From Piromyces finnis finn (Eukaryota; Fungi; Neocallimastigomycota), in contig MCFH01000168.1 of the NCBI GenBank assembly GCA_002104945.1, forward strand, positions 1 through 21,740: a stretch of DNA of 21,740 nucleotides. Reading direction: 5' to 3'. This document shows positions 12,934 through 21,740 of this stretch, one piece after another. A model generated the notes under the pieces. The model was not told the origin of the DNA, searched no databases, and worked only from the letters and a program-made list of their open reading frames with translations. Numbering within the stretch: the first letter of the stretch is position 1; every line of letters begins with the position of its first letter. A program made the position numbers and the translations under genes.

Positions 12934-14659
12934 TTTTTTTATATTATTTTATTTTACTTGCTATTATATTTTACTTTAAATTTGGAAAAAATTATTAGAG
13001 ATATAATAAATTCTTTCTTATATATAAATCTCGAGAATTTTTGAAAATTTTATGTATTTCTTTTATTATTAACGACAAGCTTATAATATATAAATAGGTA
13101 TTATAATTAAATATTAAATATAAATAAATAATACTGTACTACTTCTTTCTTTGAATTATTGATTAGTAATTCAATTTCATTAAAGTATAATTCTAAATTT
13201 CAAAATTTTCACTATTCCAATTTTATTAAAAGTATCATTAAAAATACTGTAATTCTAATATTAGTGTTTCTTAAGAAAGTACGAAGCTGATAAAACTACT
13301 TTACAATTTAAATTTAAATTATACTGAAAATAATTTAAACTTTTTATTTCTTTAAAAATGTTTTGCTTTTAATTATTAATTATTAAAAAGCATGACAATA
13401 GAAAATATAATATTGAATTTAATTATATGCTTATGATAGTTGACAATAAATTTTACATTAAAAAAGGGTTCATATTGAATTATGAAAGTTGTTCATTCTT
13501 ACATATTTAATAAAATAATTAAAGTTAATAATAAGTGAGAAATAAAAAAATATTTATTTAATAAACTTCATTATATGCTAGATGTTAGACTTACTTTTCT
13601 TTTCTTCTTTATAATATATAAAAATATATTAATTTTATTTTCTCTATTTATTATTATATATTAATAATAATAAGAAGAAAAAAAACTTATAAAACAGTTT
13701 CTATATAATAGTTTTTTTTTAAGTATTACTAAAATTATCTGTTAATGATAATTGTTTTTTCTTTCTTTTTTATTTATTTAAATATATTCTATACACATAT
13801 ATAATTTTATATTAATATAATATATTTTTCATTACAAAAATTTAATTCAATTATCAATTATGACTTAATTATATTAGTTTAAGTTGTATAATTATCATAT
13901 TGCTGTAAGCAACTTTTAAGTCAATATTCAAACCATACTTTTCTTTATTCTATAAATTAAAAAACTTTAAATTGAATTCATATTGAAAAATTACTAAAAA
14001 TAATTTGGAAAATTTAATAAATTATGAATTTATTATAATATTTATTAATTTAAATTGTATCATCGCATATTATTTAATTTCAATATATATGAGACTACAT
14101 TAATTCTATTAAAGTTTAAAAAAATTTTAATTTTATACCATAAAAGGTAATTGTAACTATTAATATTTTTTTAAAAAAAAATAGCTACAAATATAAAAAT
14201 ATAAAACTAAACTTGCTTTTTTATACAATTGATATAAAATATTTGATTAATATTCTTCTTGTTATTTGATATCATTGGAATTATCTATAAAATAATATAA
14301 ATGTAAATGAATATTAATTATATGGTTATTATTAGAATAGTAAATTTATTTAATGTTTTAAATAAATACATTTTATAATTAATTCCTTGTAATTTTTTAA
14401 ATTTAAAGAATTATAATTGCCTTTTAACTTAAAGGAAAAATATTCTTTATGTTTTATTTTAAACAAGTTTTATAATATACTATAATTTTACCTAAATTCC
14501 TTACATTATTAAAATGTGAATTAAAACAAATAAAATAAAAAATTTTATTAATATATTCCCATATATTTCAATTTTTATGATTTTTATATGATTTTTATAT
14601 TATTATAAATTTTTAAATTTAACAATTTATATCACATTTTACTACTATTATTTTATATT

Positions 14660-14670
14660 ACATATCATTT

Positions 14671-14672
<2 letters not shown>
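14660..14672 (+). repeat. Target-site duplication, copy at the poly(A) end of the SINE
   Basis: acatatcatttta, identical to 15263-15275 and directly abutting the poly-T run. Confidence 0.9.
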
Positions 14673-14730
<58 letters not shown>

Positions 14731-15262
14731 TTCCGAGTGCATTTCTCCCATCGATCAGAATTAGCTCCAATGGTGGTTCTTAGAGAAACGTTGGCTCATT
14801 CCTATTGCTAGGTGGTTGTGACCCTCCTGGTCTGTCATACTGTTTCTTCAGCTTCGACGCTCACTTAATCCATGTACATTAGATGCATGTCGTTGTACGA
14901 TATTTCACAACTACAATGCTAAGCCTCTTATAGTCAATTTGATCACGTGTCAACCGCCCCCTAATGTTTACACTTAAATTGATTAAGGAATATTATGTGT
15001 TTTTGGCATAGCCTAAGTCACCACTTATTAAGTTCTAATTTGGAATGTACCATGTACACTAGACCCTCTCAGGCCGGCTAGACGAGTGTTATTATCATAG
15101 TAGTAAATTAGAAAGTTCATTTATACTTACCTGAATATCATAACCCAACCCATGGCAAACCCAGTGGGAAAATCCACAGGCACTGACATCTGCGGGGTCG
15201 AACCAGAAGCCTTATGTATGCTAAGGAAACGCCCTTAACAACCAGGATAAAAACTGGAACGA
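14673..15262 (-). mobile_element. tRNA-derived SINE (non-autonomous retroposon) with poly(A) tail
   Basis: ~535-bp island of roughly 40% GC in highly AT-rich DNA. On the minus strand it has a tRNA-like head with B-box GGTTCGACCC (15195-15204) and a 55-nt pure poly(A) tail (poly-T at 14673-14727). It is flanked by the 13-bp direct repeat acatatcatttta. No ORF appears in the supplied track. Confidence 0.88.
15184..15262 (-). promoter_or_regulatory. Degenerate tRNA-Ala(AGC)-like head with internal Pol III B-box
   Basis: Minus strand reads gggcgtttcc-TTAGCAT-acata-agg-cttct-GGTTCGACCC. The anticodon loop and the spacing to the T-loop match eukaryotic tRNA-Ala(AGC) as I recall it (yeast gcgcgctccc-TTAGCAT-gggag-agg-tctcc-GGTTCGATTC). 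The stems no longer pair and the A-box is degenerate. Confidence 0.75.
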
Positions 15263-15275
15263 ACATATCATTTTA
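15263..15275 (+). repeat. Target-site duplication, copy at the SINE 5' end
   Basis: acatatcatttta. On the minus strand the context reads atattt/aaaatgatatgt, a TT/AAAA endonuclease-type site. Confidence 0.9.
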
Positions 15276-15672
15276 AATATTTTTATTAAATAATGTAGAA
15301 TGCTTTAATAAAAAATAAAAAAGTATATTTAATAGTATTTTTTAAATAATTATTTATAATAAAGTGATAATTGGTTATTTTCTTTATTGATAAAAGTATA
15401 AACCACATATTTCAAATAACCAATGAATTATCTTTAAAATTTCAAAAAAGAAAATATTATTAAATGCCCAGAAATTATTTTTCTGGTTAAAAATTAAAAT
15501 TTAATATATGAGGAAAAATAACTTTTATAATAATTAAAAAAATAATAAATTAATTAGTATTTTTTTTCTTTATATAATAGTTGATAATTTATTATTAATT
15601 AAAATTTATATATAAAAAACAGTTTTAAAAATAATATATTTATATTTACTATTATTTATTATTATTACTTAC

Positions 15673-15707
<35 letters not shown>

Positions 15708-15735
15708 TTTTATTTATTTATTTATTTATTTATTT

Positions 15736-15779
<44 letters not shown>

Positions 15780-15782
15780 TTA
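15673..15782. repeat. (TTTA)n / (AAAT)n microsatellite, ~110 bp
   Basis: Near-perfect tetranucleotide run seen directly. Confidence 0.97.
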
Positions 15783-18700
15783 TTAGTATGAGAAAATGAA
15801 CTATGCGAAAAACTCATTATTGATTGAGAAGTTCTTTGACCTATATCAAATTTATTTGAGCCTAGCATTAATGGTGAGATTGATTTCTTGCTTGAATCTG
15901 GTAATTTTGATTTATTAAGCCAATTATTCGAACTATTATCATTTTTAAATAAAGAATCCGCATAATTTCCAACGTTATTATTATTATTTTTTTGAATTAT
16001 TTTTTTTTTCAAATAAAGAATTAGTGATAGTATTGTTATTCCAATTATCAGATTCAAAATTTTTATTTGTAACATTATTATAATGAGGAGATTTTATATT
16101 ATTATTCCAATTAGTAAGCGATAGATTAGAAGAAAGTGGTTTAGAAGAATTTTTATTACTTTTATTTAATGAATTAAATGTATTTCCATTTATATTTGAT
16201 GTTGTTTCAATATTTTTTATTTCTGGAGACATTTCTTTATCAAAAGATATATATTCATTCCCTATATCCCAATTATTAATATCCCATTCATCATTTATAT
16301 TATTTGTGTCTTTTTCATCAAATGGAATTTGTTCACTTAAATGAAATTGAACTTTCTTGTTGTGAAGTAGGATTATAACTTAAATTAAATCCATTATTAA
16401 TATTTTTTATTATTGAAAAGTCTTCATTTAATGTTTGAACTTCTGATTTGTTGTTATTTGAACTTAATACCTTTAAATTGAGCACTATATTCTAAATCCA
16501 TTCATTATCGATATTTGTAAATAAATTGGCTGCATCAGAAGAGGGAATCATTATTTCTTTCTCATTATTCTGTTTTATTAATAAATTCGTACTTTCGAAA
16601 ATTAATGGAGTTTTAATTGGTAAACTTGATTGTGATACAGGTTATTATTGAGAGATTGTTAACACTCGAATTATTATTAAATCCAAATTCCTCATTACTC
16701 TTTTTTGGAATAATACTCCAGGAGATAGAATTTTGAATTCTGAGCTCGCATCTGAATTAAATTTAATAGGGCTATTAGGTTTTAGAAACATGTGATTTAT
16801 CTTCAATGTTAGTAGAAAATGATAATATCGAAGAAATAGAATGAGTAGTAAATGGTATTTTTGTTGCTTGAGATTCTGATGCTAATAGAGATTGGGCAGT
16901 ATTATTAGATTCATTTTCTCTAACTATCGGACTAATCACTTTTTGAGTTACTTCTAATAGTTCTGATTGTTCTCATGATCCCTTTTGAAATAAATTTCTT
17001 TTCCTTCTTCATCTTCTTTATCATATTCATCCTCATTTTCTTGTTCTGTATCTGATTCATCATCCGTAAGTACTCCAAAACTCTTCAGTCTATTGCGATA
17101 TTTATTAACTTTTTTCTTCCATATCATATAAACAAATAAGTAAATCTTCATGGTCTTTTTCCATATTTTGATTTTTCTTGTTTAAGTTTTTTAATTTGTT
17201 CTTCATAAGTTTCATTGTTCGATACGGTGACATTTGTTACAATTAGTTCAGATTGTAATTGACTTCTAACTTTTTGGTTTTAATTCATTAATTAGCTGTT
17301 GAGAAATTTCTTGTCTTAAGTTATTTTCTAATTCCGCTTTTTTTATTTCTATTTCTTTCATAAGACCCATTTCTAAAGTATTTCGCATACATTTATATCT
17401 TCATTAATTTCTTTTTCAAGTTTATTACGATAATCATTTTCTATCTGATTACGAATGTCTTGTTCTAATTGCTGACGTTTTTTGAATAATTTCTTGTTCC
17501 ATATAACTACGTTTTTCTTCTATTTCTTTTTCAATTTCTTTCATTTATCGTCCATTTCTTTTCGTTTTTGATTCATTTCATCATTATTGCTTTATTCTTT
17601 TTCTCTAACTCTTGTTCATTTGTTGTTAAAAATATTTGTTCATACTCATTATGTATTTCTTTTTCTAATGATATTTTAACATCATCCTTCATTTGATCTT
17701 TAATTCTTTATGAATTGAATCCTTCATTTCTTCCTTTAATTTTTTACAAAACTTCTTCTTTCATTTCATCAGAAATTTTTTGTATTATATCAGATTTATG
17801 CTTACTTCTTATTTCTTGCTCTATTTCATCTCTAATACTTTTTCTAATTCATTTCTTATGTTCTCTTTAATAATAGGTTCATATTCTTTTCTTATCTGTC
17901 GTTCTAAATTCATTCTAACTTCTTGTTCCAAATTTTCTTCTAATTTTTTAGCAATTCTATCTCGACATTCAACAGAAAGTCTTTCCTCTAAAGATTTTTT
18001 TACTTCTTCCATAAGCTTAATTTCTAACTCATTTTTTATATCATATTCACAAATTGGTCTTAATTCCCTCTCTAATGAAATTCTAACTTGTTCTCAAGAC
18101 TCTCACGCAATTCATTTGTTTAATTTCTCAACAATTTTTGGTTTACATTCTTTCCGTAGCTCGTCTTCAATACTCCCTTTTAATTCTTCTTCTAAAAGAA
18201 CCTCTAAGTTCATTATTAAGATCTGCTAATACTTTCGGTTCACAAATTACTCTTAATTCTTTTTCGACTACAGCTCTGATTTCATCATTGAGGAAAGTAT
18301 GTTTCTCTTTTTCTAATTTTTCTTTTAACTTTTTTGCTTGTCTCTCCCAAGAGTCTTGTTTTTCTTTAAAATCTTTTTCCCATCTTTCACGCTCAATTTT
18401 CATATCACTTTCTAATTCTTCTTTGAGATCTTCCCATTGTAATGCTTCACGTTTAACTCTAACTTCTTCCCATGCTTCATCAATATTCCACTGTAAAGAA
18501 CCTAATAATGGGCATGCTGTTCTACATTCTGGTGCAATTAAAGAATCTTTAACTTCACATGTTTCAATGGATGAATTGTGTCTATTAAGAATATACCATT
18601 TATTACTTGCTTCCTTATTTAATGAATTTATAGTTTTTCCCTGTTTAATAGTAATACTATGAATTGGCTTATTTAATTTCCATCCAATAGCATAATCAAA

Positions 18701-21700
18701 CTGAACACCATCAAAGTTGAACGGGCAAGCACAATAAAATTTAAAAGCTTGGAGTGATTTTTTAAAATCTATTTTTGATTTTAATTTTAATGGAGACTGT
18801 ATTTCTTCAGCATCTTCTTTTATTACTGGTGCATATAAATGGAAACTAAAAAGCATTGGCTCATTACTTTTATAAGTTAATAAGCATTTCATTTTTTCAT
18901 CCCATTTCCATATTGTCTTATGACCTAAGTTTAATTCATGCAATACATTCAAATCAAATGTATCTAAAACTTGAATACGCCTGTTTTTATTACTACTTAC
19001 AATTAATAAAGAATCAACACCATATTTATTATCATAGCAAATAAATTCTAAAGAATTAATAGGTTTAGCAGACCCAATTGTTTTTTGGTCTTTATGATTA
19101 CTCAATGGAGAAAAATAAAAGAATGGCAATTGAAAATTACTAATATCACCTATATTCCATAGTCTAACCAATCCATCTTCACCACCAGTGGCTAAAATAG
19201 AGCCATCGGTGTTAAAAGCAAGACATCTCACATCACACTCATGTACTAATTTAATAGCTTTAATACCATTTTTAAGTCTATCATCACGAGCTTGTTCTTT
19301 TTTTTGAACGATCTTTCTCCTACGTTTTTCTTTCTTCTTTTCCTTTCTTTTAATTCTGTATTCTTTTTTTATTCTTCTAGTTTCTTCATCTAAGGAATCA
19401 GAAGAATCGGAGGATAGTGTATCACTAGATTCAGTTTCCTCATCATCCTCAATATTAATTTTTCTTTTCCATAAGCTATTATCGATATTAAAGTATAAAG
19501 CACATTTCATATTAGTACCAACAACAAAAGCATTTGGATTACTTGGTTGAAATGTTGCACAATAAAGTTTATACTCATTACTTCTAATGGCTAGAATAAC
19601 TGTACAAAAATCTTGTAAAAGTTTTCCACTTTCAAAAACACTTTTATTTTCATCAAATTCATGTATAATTATGACACCTTCTTCATCTATACTTAAAATT
19701 CTTGTATATCTATCTTCAACATTAGTAATTGATATACTAATAATATTATTTGAATGACCACCAAGAACAAACTTAAATTTCTTTTGTTCTTGAATTACAT
19801 TTATATTTTTGCCATTAATATAACAAATATATTTATTATTTTTATCTGTTACAAAATTTGTTGAAACATTATTATTGAATGCGTCTAATGATTCTTTGGA
19901 TTTACTTATAATTGTAAGAGGTAATTCTTTAGAAGATAATGGACTAAATAAATAATCATCATCTTTAAGAAAATCATATTCAATAATAGTTGTAGGAAGT
20001 CTAACACCATCGGGAATTCTATCATTTTGTCTATAGATAGGTCTTCTTTGATCCGGTTCTGTTAAAACAGATGAGTCAATTAATTTTATTTCTTCTGTTT
20101 GTAATCCTATATCTTCTTTTTCTACTTTTTTAGATATATCGTTATATGAAGTTTGAACACCTTGTTCCAATATTTCCACTGATTTAACTTTTTCATTAGT
20201 TATTTCGGTCATATTGTATTTAGTCACTTCAAAAGCATCAGTCATTGTTGATTCTTCTTTCATTTCAGGTTTTATTGAGCCATCAGTATAACCATATCCA
20301 TAACCATATCCATAACCATAATTATATCCATACTGAGTATAATAAAGAGCATATTGTTGATTGACCTTTTCATTGTATTGAGGATCATTTGGATCAATAT
20401 TTTGTAATTGAGCATTGGGGTTATTTTTATCAATATACGTTTGCAATGTATTTGGATCAATGTTTAATTGTAGTGTACTAGTATTTATTTGAGAAGCGTC
20501 TTTAACTGTACCATCAATGTTTTGTTCTTCTTTTGATGTAGAAAAATATTGTTGATGTTTATTTGTTGATGTTGAAATATGATGATAAGTTGATGTAATT
20601 TCTTCCTTTGGATTTCTAGACGTTATAAAATTTTCCCCTGTAACTGATGTAGTATTTAACTGTGATTCTTCAAAAATAGCAGTACTTTGTTGTTGCTGTT
20701 CTTGTTGATTATTAATTTGAAATTCAATATTATTATCAATAGTATTTGACTCCTGTATTAATAATGAATTTACAGGAATAGTTGATATATTTATTTGAGG
20801 ATTATTATTTGTATCAAGAGTGCTTGATTGAATAGGAATTGTTAGGATATTAATTTGTGGTTCATTTGATTTCTGTTTACTATCAATTGAACTACTAGGA
20901 TTTAATTCTTTCTTGTTATCTATTGAATTACTAATATCTGATTTTTTATCAATTCCTGATGAAATATTATTTTCATCTTTTATTTTTTTTTTTATACATT
21001 TTGTATTTTGTATTATAAATTATTTATTTTATAATGTTTTGATATATTTTTTTGTAAATTTCATTTAATATAAAAATTTTATGATTAACAAATATCAAAC
21101 AATAATAATGAATAAAAAAACATTCAATAATATTAATATATTACCTTGAATAATCACAGGAGAAGAAAATGTTGGTTTAGAAGACATCGGGGATTTTGGA
21201 GAATTATTTCTTATATTTTTTTTCCTTGAGGATTTTAAAATTATATCATCAGGGTTAAAATGCCCAATCTGATGAGTAGAATGTTTACCAGATTTTCGGG
21301 ATTTTCTAGTATATGTTACTGGTGATGTAATTTTTGATGAATTATATGAGGATTCATAAACATCTGATGAAATTAAATCATTATCATCACTTTGGGATAA
21401 AACATACGTAGTATGGCTTATAGTTTCATTATTTTGTGGTGAATTTGATTTAGAAAAAGATAACTTTTCATTATCCTTTGGTGAACCATGTAATTTTAAA
21501 GATAAATCTGTTTTTAATGATATCATTTTCACATCTTTTAATAGATCATGTGTTGGACTAGTACTATTAATGTTATGAGGTGAAATTATTTCATCTTTTA
21601 GGAATTTATGTTTTTTATTAGAGGAGTTTAAACTATATGAAATTAATTCTTTATCTGATTCATTCTTAAGAGGTGATATGCCTTCAGTTTCTTTTTTTCA

Positions 21701-21740
21701 AAATCTCTAATTTTTTTCCAACAAAGATTTAAATTATTTG
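15773..21740 (-). CDS. Large WD40 + helical + low-complexity protein; WD40 region resembles EDC4/Ge-1/VARICOSE; 5' end outside the window; 3' part frameshifted
   Basis: Probable intron 21144-20977 (caag/GTAATA...aaaAG). The frame is then open from 20976 to 18167, and the ORF-track start at 20446 is an internal TTG. WD motifs: LGGHSNNIISISI..ILSIDEEGVIIIHEF and HECDVRCLAFNTDGSILATGGEDGLVRLWN. E/K-rich helical coding and then S/N-rich coding continue through several frameshifts to a probable stop near 15773. Confidence 0.75.
20286..20345 (-). repeat. Coding (GY)n repeat, YGYNYGYGYGYGYGY
   Basis: Tandem 12-mer ataaccatatcc units, seen in the translation of ORF 18167-20446. Confidence 0.9.

Noticed and set aside
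13861-13923. Imperfect inverted repeat (tgacttaa..aagttg / caactt..ttaagtca)
   Set aside because: Short, interrupted and expected by chance in such AT-rich DNA. No TSD or MITE structure was seen.
15063-15080. Minus-strand TAGCCGGCCTGAGAGGGT resembles a conserved bacterial 16S rRNA segment (from memory)
   Set aside because: Similarity stops after ~18 nt on both sides and there is no other rRNA-like sequence. Treated as coincidence unless a search shows otherwise.
15123-15133. ATACTTACCTG on the plus strand equals the 5' end of U1 snRNA
   Set aside because: No U1-70K loop (GATCACGAAG), U1A loop (ATTGCAC) or Sm site follows. It is better read as a perfect splice donor on the minus strand.
15141-15151. 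taacccaaccc, telomere-like or telomerase-template-like
   Set aside because: Imperfect, under two units, and not tandem.
15184-15262. Functional tRNA-Ala(AGC) gene
   Set aside because: The anticodon stem (tttcc/acata) and acceptor stem do not pair and the T-stem needs a bulge. It is a derived SINE head.
14728-15262. Hammerhead or HDV-like ribozyme in the SINE body (ctgaaga near 14845)
   Set aside because: No properly placed stem II, GAAA or cleavage triplet could be built by eye. A covariance-model search was not possible.
15468-15486. Small hairpin ccagaaa-ttatt-tttctgg
   Set aside because: A 7-bp stem only, with no supporting context.
17780-19044. Plus-strand ORFs 17780-18229, 18138-18662 and 18856-19044 (also 1063-1248, 2963-3220, 10915-11103, 20272-20460)
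   Set aside because: Antisense or off-frame shadows of the real genes.

Overview
Very AT-rich, intron-containing eukaryotic DNA. Composition and intron style suggest an anaerobic gut fungus (Neocallimastigomycota), which is an inference. (1) Bases 1-12162 form one ~6 kb + ~6 kb inverted repeat folding at ~6070. Each arm carries an HMT1/ABCB6-type ABC half-transporter convergent with the 3' part of CCT3. The fold lies inside a CCT3 intron, so both CCT3 copies lack their 5' part. In the exons I compared, the arms differ only by reciprocal 1-bp deletions, so a fold-back read or assembly artefact is more likely than a real palindrome. (2) At 14673-15262 (minus) is an apparently young, full-length tRNA-Ala(AGC)-derived SINE. 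It has a 55-nt poly(A) tail, a 13-bp target-site duplication at a TT/AAAA site and a 3' stem-loop. Unexpectedly, it also has a perfect U1-complementary splice donor opening a candidate 53-nt spliceosomal intron. This is the best candidate for something undescribed. (3) At 15773->21740 (minus) is a large gene whose WD40 region resembles EDC4/Ge-1/VARICOSE. It is followed by a long helical segment with strict 4-residue hydrophobic periodicity and a frameshift-rich low-complexity tail.
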